A stretch of DNA of 64,000 nt from Pseudomonadota bacterium. GTDB taxonomy: Bacteria > Bdellovibrionota_B > Oligoflexia > Oligoflexales > CAIMVM01. The DNA is taken from NCBI GenBank assembly GCA_037142195.1, contig JBAXBA010000001.1, forward strand, positions 1 to 64,000, given 5' to 3'. Below are positions 29,088 to 39,270 of this stretch, in pieces (the stretch's first letter is position 1; the number at the start of each line of letters is the position of its first letter). The translations under genes and the position numbers were made by a program. The notes below the pieces were generated by a model. That model worked only from the letters and a program-made list of their open reading frames with translations. It searched no databases and was not told where the DNA came from.

Positions 29088-30536
29088 ATGCTACAGTTCA
29101 TCCTGATGACGATTCTTTGTCTCTTCTATTCTTCTTGTACGTCGAGATTTAAGCCAGGATTTATTGTAGTATCCTCAGATCGTGGAGATATACCCCTAGA
29201 AATTTATCAAATCAAACAGGAATCGCCCCTACAACTCACTAGTGAAATTATCATTTACAGCAATCGCAAGACCGCCTTTGAGCCAGGGACCTATCTTATT
29301 TTGGCTGATTGTTCCCATGAACAAATTGTAATTAGACCCGGTGAAACGGCTCAACTTAACTTATCAGCAATCAACTTTTTACCACCAACACCTCCTCGAG
29401 AAGGCGATTTTTTTTCGGTTCAGTGCAGCCGTCACGACACAGGCATGTTCAGACAGACGATTGATCAGAGATTTAGGCTCAATATCCTAGGAACCCCCAA
29501 AAATGCTTTAATTAGCATGACTTCAACACCCCTAGCCCAGCCTCAACCCGGTAAAGTTTCTACCATTTTACTTTCAGCAGTCCGAGTCATCGCTAAGAAC
29601 GAAGGAGACGGATTCTACTTTGTTTCTTCGAGCAATGAAAAACAAGCTGTCACAAAGGGAGTAAAGTTCGGTGCCTGGCAGTTCTTAATGCCGGGAGCTT
29701 ATGATATATCTGTTAACGGAACCACGGTACCATTGGCCCTAGGTCCTAATGAAAGCAAGACTCTTGAAACTGGCTATCTTGAAGTAAAATCTCCTGCCGA
29801 TGTCGATGTGGACCGAATTGCCAAAACGCGGGGATATCCCTACCAAATTCAATTGGGCCATGATCACTTTCTAACTCTGAATGAAAAGTATCCCGTATTG
29901 GCTGGAACTATTGAGCTTCATTTGGATAGCTCTACCCAGCCTGTAAAGGTCGAGATTCAAGTCAACGAAACGAAAACCATAAAACTAAGAAGTGTCGAAG
30001 TTGACTGGGGCTGCGCTCCTGAAGATATCAAATGCTTGGGAAGCGGGGAAATTATGCTATTCAAAGGAGAAGATCATTTTCCTTTCGTAGAAAGCATCTC
30101 TGATATCCCAGTTTTATTTTATGGCGAAAATATTAAAGTTGGAATCTCAGGATCTAGAAACATAAAGTATAACCTTTCTGCTAGCGAATCGCCTTTTATA
30201 CTAAAAACTGGGCAAGTAATTTTAAAACCTGTCATTCAGCAAAAAAGTCAGTACGTCACGGACCTTATTCGCTTTGAGGCGGGAGGTCTTCCTACCCAGG
30301 GTTTTTCATTAGATATTCTGCCGACTTGGAAGCCTTTCACCATGACTTTCATAGCAGGAAAATATAACTTTATTCAATCCAGCACAAAGTACGGCTCCGA
30401 TGGTGAAAGATCCCTTAAAACGTCCACGTATATGATTCACGAAGGAAGCAAAATTGAAATTGAATTTCCCTATTTGGTATCAGAGGGCCAATATGAAAAG
30501 CTTCTTAAGACAAAGCCCAAAAACCCTAAAATTTAG
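29088..30536 (+). CDS. Putative lipoprotein, beta-rich, function unknown
   Basis: MLQFILMTILCLFYSSC lipobox-like sequence; repeated PGxYxI-type beta motifs. Confidence 0.6.
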   Translation: MLQFILMTILCLFYSSCTSRFKPGFIVVSSDRGDIPLEIYQIKQESPLQLTSEIIIYSNRKTAFEPGTYLILADCSHEQIVIRPGETAQLNLSAINFLPPTPPREGDFFSVQCSRHDTGMFRQTIDQRFRLNILGTPKNALISMTSTPLAQPQPGKVSTILLSAVRVIAKNEGDGFYFVSSSNEKQAVTKGVKFGAWQFLMPGAYDISVNGTTVPLALGPNESKTLETGYLEVKSPADVDVDRIAKTRGYPYQIQLGHDHFLTLNEKYPVLAGTIELHLDSSTQPVKVEIQVNETKTIKLRSVEVDWGCAPEDIKCLGSGEIMLFKGEDHFPFVESISDIPVLFYGENIKVGISGSRNIKYNLSASESPFILKTGQVILKPVIQQKSQYVTDLIRFEAGGLPTQGFSLDILPTWKPFTMTFIAGKYNFIQSSTKYGSDGERSLKTSTYMIHEGSKIEIEFPYLVSEGQYEKLLKTKPKNPKI

Positions 30537-30631
30537 TCCTATTGAAGCCATGACTTAATACTTCACAAAGAACTTCAAAGTCGCTTCCTTTAGACATAGC
30601 CACATGCAGCAAGTATTCATCTTGGCTGCTT

Positions 30632-32428
30632 CTATGTGGTAGCCGTAGCGACATTTCTCGATTTTCTAGCCGCTTCATTTTTCAAAGCGCGTGCGTGAGT
30701 TATACTCGACTGACTAAGTTCTTCACCTGAGAGCATCGCTGCTATCTCACTTACGCTTTCTCTGCTGCTCAACTCCCTAATGGTTGATGTAGTTCGAGTT
30801 GCCCCCACGGCTTTTTCAACTTTAAAATGTTTTTCAGCATAAGCCGCTACTTGCGGCAAATGAGAAATGCAAATAATTTGGAATTCCTCCGCCATTTGCT
30901 TGAGTTTTGCTCCGACGATATCAGCCACTCTTCCAGATATACCAGCATCAATTTCATCAAAGACTAAAACACATGCATCGGCACCATCTGACAATACTTT
31001 TTTTAGCGCCAGCATCACTCGAGATACTTCCCCGCCACTTGCAACTTTATCCAACGGCTTTAAACCTTCCCCTTTGTTAGGAGAAAGCCAAAATTCAACA
31101 GTTTCAAGACCATCTTCATGAAAAATTTCTAGCTTTGTTTTTAATCGTTCTAAAAGATTTTGATCATCCACAAAAGAAGCTAACTGATCTCGCCAAAAGA
31201 AGGGTGTCAAAGGAGGCCTTTTCTCCAACTTAATCTCAATAGAAGCGTCTTTCATTGCAAGTTCGTCAAATTCTCTTTTTATGGTTGTTCCCAAAAAAGC
31301 GGCTCTATTTTGTCTTGCTTTAGACAGCACGACAGCTTGCTCTTCCCAATGATCTAACTCAGATATCAATTTCAATATTAAAGAAGACAAAGTCGATTCA
31401 CTTGCGTGAATAGACTTGAGCTTTTGATCAAGGGAAGACCAACCTTCCATCAAATCCTCTACCCGGGCACAGGACATTTTTCTCATAATATCTTGATAGG
31501 CATGCAGTCGATTTTCTACATCTTCAATATCGCTCTCATTAGCAATGCTTTGCGAAAACTTCGTTTCCACTTCAAAAGAAACTTCACTCATAAGGCTTAT
31601 CAGGTCTTTTACTTTTAAAAGCTGTGGCTTGGCCCAATCCTGATCGGAAATTTTTGAAAGTTGACGTTCCACCTCCCTAACTCCTCGAATAAGGCCAATG
31701 GAGTCTTCCGAACCTGTAAAATAGGAAGTCATTTTTTCTAAATACTTCGCCGAATCTAAGCTTGTTCTAAGACTTAAGGACTTTTCTTTGAGCTGATGAA
31801 ATTCGATAATATCCGGCTTAAATTCCTCAATTTCTGCGATTCTAAACTTGATATAGTCCACTTGGCTCTTCAGCGTGGAAAAAGCGGCAAGAGAAACTTT
31901 TATTTCTTGGATCGTTGAAAAAACCGAATGAGTTTTTTGAGAAAATTTCTTAGAAATCTCATTTGGTATAAACTTACCTAATAATTCACTATGTTTTTGA
32001 TTTGCCACCATCCGAAACGAATCATTTTGACCAAAAATATCCATCAGCTTTTGGCCAAGGTCTCGAGCACTGTGACGAGAAACCGGCACATCATTAATCC
32101 AAGTCCCATTTTTTCCTTTTGCCGAAATAGATCTTCTAAGAATCACTTCGCCAATTCCATTTTCCTCATAAGGAATGCCCAGCTCTTCAAGTTGAGCTAC
32201 GATAGGATGAGATTTTTCTAATGTAAAGATTCCGCTAATCTCAGCCCTTTCAGACCCTGATCGAATCATTTCAGTGCCCAACTTGCCACCAAGCAATGCC
32301 GAAAGTGCTTTTATCAAAATGGACTTACCAGCGCCTGTTTCTCCTGTAAGAACATTGAAACTAGAAGAAAAATCAACTTGCAGTTCATCGATAATTCCAA
32401 AATCTTTAATTCGAAGTGTCGAAATCAT
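30632..32428 (-). CDS. recN: DNA repair protein RecN
   Basis: TGETGAGKS Walker A, coiled coil, VASGGEVSRVMLALK, VFDEIDAGISG, ISHLPQVAA. Confidence 0.97.
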   Translation of the reverse strand: MISTLRIKDFGIIDELQVDFSSSFNVLTGETGAGKSILIKALSALLGGKLGTEMIRSGSERAEISGIFTLEKSHPIVAQLEELGIPYEENGIGEVILRRSISAKGKNGTWINDVPVSRHSARDLGQKLMDIFGQNDSFRMVANQKHSELLGKFIPNEISKKFSQKTHSVFSTIQEIKVSLAAFSTLKSQVDYIKFRIAEIEEFKPDIIEFHQLKEKSLSLRTSLDSAKYLEKMTSYFTGSEDSIGLIRGVREVERQLSKISDQDWAKPQLLKVKDLISLMSEVSFEVETKFSQSIANESDIEDVENRLHAYQDIMRKMSCARVEDLMEGWSSLDQKLKSIHASESTLSSLILKLISELDHWEEQAVVLSKARQNRAAFLGTTIKREFDELAMKDASIEIKLEKRPPLTPFFWRDQLASFVDDQNLLERLKTKLEIFHEDGLETVEFWLSPNKGEGLKPLDKVASGGEVSRVMLALKKVLSDGADACVLVFDEIDAGISGRVADIVGAKLKQMAEEFQIICISHLPQVAAYAEKHFKVEKAVGATRTTSTIRELSSRESVSEIAAMLSGEELSQSSITHARALKNEAARKSRNVATATT

Positions 32429-32437
32429 TTAAGTTCC

Positions 32438-33832
32438 TCACAGCAAAGGCGCTAATATTCTAGCGCCATTATTTCTAAGTTTTATGAGTTTTCTAATCTT
32501 TCTGATTTCTGGCTTAAATTCCGATGAAAAACTTAAATCGTTTTCGAGCATCTTCTCTACCTTAGAAGCAAAGTTTTTGTCAAGAATCAGAATATTTGTC
32601 TCAAAATTAAGATACATCGCTCTATTGTCAAAGTTAGACGTGCTTACCGAGGCAACATCATCATCTAAGAGAACAATTTTTTGATGAAGAAATCCAGGTT
32701 CATAAGTATAAATCTTAACGCCCCGGTTCTGCATTTGCTCAGCATAACTCAACGTCAACATGTGCACAAAGCGTTTAGACGCAATCTTTGGTATCAGTAT
32801 TCTAACATCGACGCCTCTTAGGACGGCGAGTTCCAAGTCTCGTTGCAAATAGTCGTCCGGAATAAAGTATGGAGTACTCACCCATATTCGTTTTTCAACC
32901 GTTTGAATCATCTCAGAAAAAACCATACCCCCAATATTATTCTTATCATATGGTCCTGTGGGAATTACTTGAATCGAATACGGCCAGTTCTTAGAGATTG
33001 AGGTATCGTTACTAGGAAATTGGAGATTTTCACCGGTAGCAAAAAGCCAATCTTCTCTAAATACATCAAGGAGATTCTTAACTATAGGTCCTTCAATTTT
33101 AAGGTGGGTATCTCGCCACTGGTTGGGCGCTCGGCGGGTATATTCTTCCCCAATATTGACTCCTCCGGCGAATGCCTGCATACCGTCAATAACGACAAGC
33201 TTTCGATGATTGCGATTATTTATGAAAAATATTCTACCTAAATTCATAAGCGGCAAAAAATGCGCAAATTTTACTCCTGAATCTTTGAGAGCAAAGAAAA
33301 ATTCTTCTTTTAGTCCAAAGGAACCTAGCTTATCGATGAGTAGATATACCTTTACACCTTCATTGGCCTTTCTAATCAGATGCTCCTTAAGGGCTCTGCC
33401 AATACTATCAGAGCGCAAAATATAATACTGAACAACAATGAAATTTTTAGCCTGGGTAATGGCTAAAAAGATTTCTTCAAAAGTTTTGTTGCCATCGACA
33501 AGCAATTCGGCGTGACCCTGATTGGGCCGATAGACTTCGCCAAAGCTTGAAAAGATCTGTTCAAATCTTTCTTCTTTTGTTTTTTTGGGGGTCAGTTGTC
33601 GATAAAAATCAGGGTTCCTTGGTGCTTTACTCCACTTTGGTGCAAAGCCTTTAACTCTGCGACCTCCCACAAACCAATAAAGAGGGACAGAGATCCAAGG
33701 CAGAGCGATTACAGCCCAAATCCAGGAAACACTGGCTGCTGTATTGTGGCGGGTATCGAGAATCTTTAAAATGGTAAGACCAACGAGCATATAAATAAAG
33801 AATTCTGGCCAACCAAAATTCCAATTTATCAT
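32438..33832 (-). CDS. cls: Cardiolipin synthase
   Basis: Two N-terminal TM helices; two HKD motifs (RNHRKLVVIDG, LHQKIVLLDD); WRDTH; STPYFIPD. Confidence 0.93.
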   Translation of the reverse strand: MINWNFGWPEFFIYMLVGLTILKILDTRHNTAASVSWIWAVIALPWISVPLYWFVGGRRVKGFAPKWSKAPRNPDFYRQLTPKKTKEERFEQIFSSFGEVYRPNQGHAELLVDGNKTFEEIFLAITQAKNFIVVQYYILRSDSIGRALKEHLIRKANEGVKVYLLIDKLGSFGLKEEFFFALKDSGVKFAHFLPLMNLGRIFFINNRNHRKLVVIDGMQAFAGGVNIGEEYTRRAPNQWRDTHLKIEGPIVKNLLDVFREDWLFATGENLQFPSNDTSISKNWPYSIQVIPTGPYDKNNIGGMVFSEMIQTVEKRIWVSTPYFIPDDYLQRDLELAVLRGVDVRILIPKIASKRFVHMLTLSYAEQMQNRGVKIYTYEPGFLHQKIVLLDDDVASVSTSNFDNRAMYLNFETNILILDKNFASKVEKMLENDLSFSSEFKPEIRKIRKLIKLRNNGARILAPLL

Positions 33833-33835
33833 TTT

Positions 33836-34162
33836 TCAGCTCCCAAATCTTCTGAGAATACCCGTGACTTTTGTGCTCGCCAAAAAAAGCAAATCAGCAC
33901 TGGACCATTCGCCATCTTTAGCTTTACGCATGGTGTAAGCGATTAGCTCATGATCGCCTTCAAAACAATCTCGGATAGCATCCAGCGCATTCTTGAACTC
34001 AGAGGTGTCGATGGCTGCATGGACAAGCATATTAGCAGCCTTTTCTAAATCGGCACTCGCAGCGTCTTCGCCTTCGTCTTTTAATAACGAAGTAAATTCC
34101 AATATGGCCGCTTGGAGCTCCTTGACTGAATCTGACTTCGAACGTTTTCTTACAATGGCCAT
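33836..34162 (-). CDS. Small helical hypothetical protein
   Basis: ORF of ~108 aa (MAIVRKRSK...) ending 3 bp before the cls start; likely co-transcribed. Confidence 0.6.
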   Translation of the reverse strand: MAIVRKRSKSDSVKELQAAILEFTSLLKDEGEDAASADLEKAANMLVHAAIDTSEFKNALDAIRDCFEGDHELIAYTMRKAKDGEWSSADLLFLASTKVTGILRRFGS

Positions 34163-34889
34163 GAGTTTCCCAATGATATCGGTTAGCACTCGTTACTTTA
34201 GTGGATTGGGCCAAAAATGCAATCCACGATTGATCGTGGACGTCAATCGCGTTTTCGGAAAAATCATCAATAAATGCGGCTTATTATCCCAATGGGCAGA
34301 CAACCTGATTTTAAAATTATGCCCTTCTGCCAATAGCAGACTTGGAATAACCTTGGAAAACGCCTCCAACATAGAACGGAATTTCTTGCCATATCAGATT
34401 CAGGCGATAGAGGTTACGCAACACCAATGAGGTAATTTGCAAATGTGGGCTTGCCTTTAAGCATGCATACTCTTTATTTTGGCTTCAGACTGATAGGTTT
34501 TTTTAGAGATGGCTTAGGTAGACGAGTTTCTAGTTGCATTCAAGTCCTCGAAATCAAGAATTCTTTTTTTAGATGGGACTGTAGGTCACTCATTAACCCT
34601 ATGCTAGTTTCTTGATTGAGACAGCTACCAATGGTTGCTTATCTTGATGGTTGGACATGAGACAGAGGACTCCTTGTGTTTTCATGTTTAACTTTTTGGG
34701 AATGGCTGATGCTCCCCATTCTTGTGGATGATCCTAAATTTCCCTCTTACTCACAAAAGATATGAGGGAGATGGAACATGTTGCTTTATTTCTTTCAGTT
34801 CATACCAAGATCAATCGATGAAGTGGGAAATGAACAGTGAACTTGTTATGTACAAGTTTGCGTAAGTTTCATGTAGCGGGTGTCACTTG

Positions 34890-34925
34890 AAAAAAGCCAT
34901 TTCCGATAGAACCGAAAATGGCTTT
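34890..34925 (-). terminator. Intrinsic terminator of the tRNA operon
   Basis: AAAGCCATTTCCG-atagaac-CGAAAATGGCTTT hairpin with a U-run on the minus strand just after tRNA-Glu. Confidence 0.75.
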
Positions 34926-34935
34926 GTTTCATTTG

Positions 34936-35011
34936 TGGCGTCCCCTGGGGGATTCGAACCCCCGTTACCGCCGTGAAAGGGCGGTGTCCTGGGCCTCTAG
35001 ACGAAGGGGAC
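34936..35011 (-). tRNA. tRNA-Glu(TTC)
   Basis: GTCCCCTTCGTCTAGAGGCCCAGGACACCGCCCTTTCACGGCGGTAACGGGGGTTCGAATCCCCCAGGGGACGCCA; cloverleaf with encoded CCA. Confidence 0.97.
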
Positions 35012-35022
35012 CAACTTTGGAG

Positions 35023-35098
35023 TGGTGAGCTCACCTGGACTCGAACCAGGGACCCGCACATTAAAAGTGTGCTGCTCTACCAGCTGAGCTATGAGCCC
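35023..35098 (-). tRNA. tRNA-Lys(TTT)
   Basis: GGGCTCATAGCTCAGCTGGTAGAGCAGCACACTTTTAATGTGCGGGTCCCTGGTTCGAGTCCAGGTGAGCTCACCA. Confidence 0.97.
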
Positions 35099-35149
35099 AC
35101 TCCGGAAACCAAATCTCTACTGCCAAAGCAGCGTCAATCGAGTGGGAGG

Positions 35150-35179
35150 GTTGTATATGTTTGGGGTGGATTCTGTCAA
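35150..35179 (-). promoter_or_regulatory. Candidate sigma70 promoter of the tRNA operon
   Basis: Minus strand TTGACA followed after 16-18 nt by TATACA/TACAAC. Confidence 0.5.
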
Positions 35180-35651
35180 CACTAAATTGTGAATTCTCAA
35201 TAATTTTTTAGTGCCGTTGTCATAGCCATTCCAGCCTACCGCTAGGATTAAATTCAGGCATTTGAAGGCTTTAGATGGATAATTGCATGACTCTTGATGG
35301 GAACCCGTGTGCACTAATTGCTCACGCTTGGGCGCATTTTAAGATTGCTTGACTAAGGCGAGGGCGCCAGCAGCATGCTCTTGGGTTCAGTCCCATAGTG
35401 TGGCGTCACTATATCTGTGAATCGAATTTTAGCGGAGGAACCTGGAATTCCTTCGGTTGTGGCAGATAATTTGGATTCCTAAGAGCTGCGGTTTATTCTC
35501 ACAGGACGTGGCGATGAATCTAGCTGCAATTTTTCTCGAAAAATCGTATGAATAGATTCTCAAAGGCTAATTCTGATTCTTTAGCCCCAAGGAAGCATCG
35601 ACCGGCCCTAAGGTTAGCGGTGTATTTCTTTAATCGCTTGGAAGGCACATT

Positions 35652-36629
35652 ATGAAGGTTTTGACTAAAGAAGAATATGCTGGCAGCTTAAGCAGCGAAA
35701 CCATTAAGCAGGGGTACTTAGCCTCATCTCAGACCGAGCTCAGCACGGAACGATTTATTTTTGCTTGTTATGAGTCCGTAAAAATTCATGAAAAAATTGA
35801 GGGTTTGTTTAAAAAGGATTTTGAATGGCCTTGTGTGGCCAAGAAGGAATCCTCGTTTGCCTCAACATTAACCCAAATGTTGGAATGGCATTTTTCTAAT
35901 CACCTGGCTGATCTGGCAAATAAAGTTCTAAGCATCTCTAATTTAACTTATGTTTCCATTCATATGGCCCACCTGGAAAAGGACTTTAGACGCCTCTGTT
36001 TAGAAAGCGGGATGATAGACACCCGTGATGGACGGCCCCTTCAAGTCGCATTAAATGACTTACTTATGGCCATTGATAAGGTTTTCTCAAAGTATATAAA
36101 GGATTTATCCAAGAGTTTTTTCACTTGGCTTTATTCTAAGCCAAAACTGTCTGTAGTCGATTTTAATCAGGTTCCGCCTGTAGGACGATACGCCAGAATG
36201 GTCATAAACGCGCGCAATAGGTCACCTTCATCTCATCCAGAAACTCAGGAAAAGTCTTCTGAAATCGAAGTTGCAGTGCCTTCTGACGCAGTCGAGGGCA
36301 GAAGGCCTTCTAGAGAAGCTTCTCCGCGAAAGGAAGCTGTGGGAACCCCAGATAGAAATGCTAGGCCCAAACAAGCTCGTGTGGACCGTGGGCCGCGAGA
36401 GAGGAAGCCTGATCAGGAAAAGGATATGGAGCAAGAAGCAGCCACTCTGGCTCTCGTCGATGTAGCTATACAGTCTTTATCGTCAAACTTAGACCTAAAA
36501 GAAGTCGTCCTTGCCCCACAAAATTCATACTATCGACGCTTACAGCACCAAAAGGCGGTTGATGCAGGCTTTATTTCTGACTCCGTCGGTGAGGGGAAAG
36601 AAAGAGCTGTTAAAATTTCTCGGGCCTGA
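35652..36629 (+). CDS. Protein with C-terminal R3H nucleic-acid-binding domain
   Basis: LAPQNSYYRRLQHQKA...SDSVGEGKERAVKI (RxxxH); low-complexity linker; unrecognised N-terminal domain. Confidence 0.8.
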   Translation: MKVLTKEEYAGSLSSETIKQGYLASSQTELSTERFIFACYESVKIHEKIEGLFKKDFEWPCVAKKESSFASTLTQMLEWHFSNHLADLANKVLSISNLTYVSIHMAHLEKDFRRLCLESGMIDTRDGRPLQVALNDLLMAIDKVFSKYIKDLSKSFFTWLYSKPKLSVVDFNQVPPVGRYARMVINARNRSPSSHPETQEKSSEIEVAVPSDAVEGRRPSREASPRKEAVGTPDRNARPKQARVDRGPRERKPDQEKDMEQEAATLALVDVAIQSLSSNLDLKEVVLAPQNSYYRRLQHQKAVDAGFISDSVGEGKERAVKISRA

Positions 36630-36796
36630 TATGTCCTTCGTTTTTAATTGGGCGCCGAAGGCAGGTATCCTCTTATTATTTTATATTATTTTAGCTGCGA
36701 TTTTCAAACGGCAGCTAAAACAACAATTGGGTACCCGATTATCCTTCCATCTAAAGCTTGCCTCTAAAGACACTGTGCTCTTAGTAGGATTGAAGT

Positions 36797-37771
36797 CTAG
36801 ACTTGCTCCACTATTTGGTGAATATTGCCAAAAAGGGACATCCCATCTTTGGAAAACATTTCGATATCTACGCTGTCGCCTGGCTTCATAAATGGAGTCG
36901 TAGCGACTTTATTAGCAATAATTTCGATCATACGTTTTTCAGCAAGGCAGCTTGAACCACGGGAAATATCCTCGTTTGACACGGTGCCACTTCCAAGGAT
37001 AGTTCCTGCTGTGTAGGATCTCGTTTTAGTAATATGCTCAATCAATTCAAAAAATGAAAAATGCATTTCTGGGCCCGCATTGGGGTGGCCAAATACATTG
37101 CCATTGTACTTAGTGATAAGATCCAAATGAACTCTTCCATTGTTCCATGCATCACCAAGCTCATCGGGAGTGACGCAAAAGGGTGAGAATGCAGTAGCAG
37201 GCTTCGAGTTAAAAAATCCAAACCCCTTTTCCAGTTCTGCGGGTATCAACCCTCGAAGCGAAACGTCATTGGCGATCATCACTAACCTCACGTACTTTGA
37301 GGCGTCAGCCGCTTTAGTGAACATGGGAGTGTCTCCCAATACAACGCAAACTTCAGCTTCGAAATCTAATCCCCACGAGTCGTCTTTCCAGGGGATCGGA
37401 CTATTTGGCGCCAAAAAGGTACCTGAACCCCCTTGATAGACGAGGGGATCGGTCCGAAGTGTGGCTGGCGGTTCTGCATTTCGCGCCTTTCTCACGAGGA
37501 GGACATGATTAATATAAGAAGATGCATCTACCCATTCGAATGCTCTGGGAAGTGGGGAGTGAAAATCTTCTGGGTTTACCTTTTGGCCGAAAGCACCCTC
37601 ATTCAACTCTTTATATATTTGCTCAAGTTGAGGTTTAACTGTGTCCCAATGGTCTAGGGCTTGCTGCAAATTAGCAGCCACTGGCGCTGCTGAAGTCCAC
37701 CTAGAATTGTCCCGGCTCACCACAACTAACGTGCCGTCTCGCGAGTCAGACTTTAATGTGCCAAGTTTCAT
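36797..37771 (-). CDS. Fumarylacetoacetate hydrolase family protein
   Basis: PLPRAFEWVDASSY, YQGGS, LDFEAEV, NDVSLR, KGFGFFNSKP, GTILGSGTVSN. Confidence 0.93.
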   Translation of the reverse strand: MKLGTLKSDSRDGTLVVVSRDNSRWTSAAPVAANLQQALDHWDTVKPQLEQIYKELNEGAFGQKVNPEDFHSPLPRAFEWVDASSYINHVLLVRKARNAEPPATLRTDPLVYQGGSGTFLAPNSPIPWKDDSWGLDFEAEVCVVLGDTPMFTKAADASKYVRLVMIANDVSLRGLIPAELEKGFGFFNSKPATAFSPFCVTPDELGDAWNNGRVHLDLITKYNGNVFGHPNAGPEMHFSFFELIEHITKTRSYTAGTILGSGTVSNEDISRGSSCLAEKRMIEIIANKVATTPFMKPGDSVDIEMFSKDGMSLFGNIHQIVEQV

Positions 37772-39270
37772 TAGACATCTCCCGATAAGTTTACAGAGTC
37801 CTTGAGGTACTTAATCTCACTGTTAGTAAGTTGACGATATTCTCCAGCTGGCAAATCATCGGGCAGTCTCAGATCCCCAAACCCATACCGCACCAAACGC
37901 ACGACTTTAAAACCAAAATGTTCAAACATGCGTCTCACAAGGCGGTTCCTTCCCTCGAAAACGGTAATAAAATACCAAGACCCTCGCGACTGGCCTAGGT
38001 TTACGGAGTGGGCAAAGATCACCTCAGATTTACCGGTAATCCCATCTTCAAGTTCTATCCCCCTGCGAAGTGCTGACTCCTCTTCATAAGATAATCGGCC
38101 GTCAATAAGCACATTATAATATCGAGGGACCTTATATTTAGGATGAGCTAGCCTGTGCACAAGCTCGCCGTCATTACTCAGAAGAAGAAGTCCTTCAGTC
38201 CTATAATCAAGCCGCCCCACTGGAGAAACTAGAAATTGTAAATCTCTCGTGGAATGCAGATCATAAATACTCATTCTGCCCGTTCCATCGGGGCGGGAAG
38301 TGAGCACCATATCTGGCTTATTTAAAAGCCAATAGACACGAGGAGGTGGAGTGTTGTTTATATGACGGCCAATGACTGTTACCTTATCGGTATTAGGATC
38401 TATGCGCATTCCCTGTTCAGTGACCAACTTCCCATTTACAAAAACCTTGCCTTCTTCAATCCACCCCTCTGCCTCTCGCCTGGACGCAATTCCTTGAATG
38501 GAAAGCCACTTTTGGATTCTGATACCTTGAGAGGGATCGCCGGCCGATGGACCGGAAAGATCAGCATCAGTCCTTGGCTGTGTCAATGCCCGGTTTTTTA
38601 CGGAACGAGCAGAAGTTGTTGAGGTTTTCGCTGCCCTGGCACGTGGCTTTAGAGGGCGTCTTTCCGTTACCTGAAAAGAGTCTCTTTCCGTATTTCGGGG
38701 GACTCGCTTAGGGGCTGCGACATCTCTATCTCCCTCGCTTAAAGGGGCCTTCTTAACAAAGGGTCTAACTGTTTTGGAATCTTGTGGTGATCGATTGCCA
38801 TTTCTAAATCTTTCTAATGCCGAAGGCTTCGGCTTAGCGCTGTCTGCACTTCTATCCTGGGTGGCACGAGTGGGCGTTTTTTTAATGCCCTTTGTCTCAC
38901 TACTGTCTTTGGGAAGACGGCGATCTGAATTCCCGCGAAATTCTCCAGGTCGTTTTCTTGTTTCATCAAAAGCATGGGATTTGTCTCGCGAGCGAGGCCT
39001 AGCTGATATCGAATCTTTTTTATCTGTTTTTTTAGCATCTAAAGACTCGCGGCGGTTTCCTTTAGGAAAGGAGTCTAAGTGCTTTTTTTCAGCATTTAGC
39101 GAGGTAGACGCAGCGCTTGGTCTCCTAGGTTTAGAACCCGCTGCCCGATCTGACTTCGCCTCTACTGAAGGCTTCTTCTGGCTTTTTTCCCCTTGCTCAT
39201 AAGGAACCTTAGGCGAATCCTCTTCGCTTTTAGAAGGTGAATTAGTACTTTTCTTCGGAGTTGTCGTCAT
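37771..39270 (-). CDS. rluB: RluB/RsuA-family pseudouridine synthase with long basic disordered N-terminus
   Basis: S4 domain (RIQKWLS..GIASRREAE), LNKP, PVGRLDYRTEGLLLLSNDG, EGRNRLVRRM; sits in the conserved scpA-scpB-rluB order. Start 39270 or 39285. Confidence 0.88.
   Translation of the reverse strand: MTTTPKKSTNSPSKSEEDSPKVPYEQGEKSQKKPSVEAKSDRAAGSKPRRPSAASTSLNAEKKHLDSFPKGNRRESLDAKKTDKKDSISARPRSRDKSHAFDETRKRPGEFRGNSDRRLPKDSSETKGIKKTPTRATQDRSADSAKPKPSALERFRNGNRSPQDSKTVRPFVKKAPLSEGDRDVAAPKRVPRNTERDSFQVTERRPLKPRARAAKTSTTSARSVKNRALTQPRTDADLSGPSAGDPSQGIRIQKWLSIQGIASRREAEGWIEEGKVFVNGKLVTEQGMRIDPNTDKVTVIGRHINNTPPPRVYWLLNKPDMVLTSRPDGTGRMSIYDLHSTRDLQFLVSPVGRLDYRTEGLLLLSNDGELVHRLAHPKYKVPRYYNVLIDGRLSYEEESALRRGIELEDGITGKSEVIFAHSVNLGQSRGSWYFITVFEGRNRLVRRMFEHFGFKVVRLVRYGFGDLRLPDDLPAGEYRQLTNSEIKYLKDSVNLSGDV

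Noticed and set aside
34190..34935. Integrated element downstream of tRNA-Glu
   Set aside because: No integrase and no duplicated tRNA 3' end found; only short unrecognisable ORFs.
34846..35185. Short ORFs of 70-71 aa over the tRNA genes
   Set aside because: Spurious translations of tRNA-Lys and tRNA-Glu.
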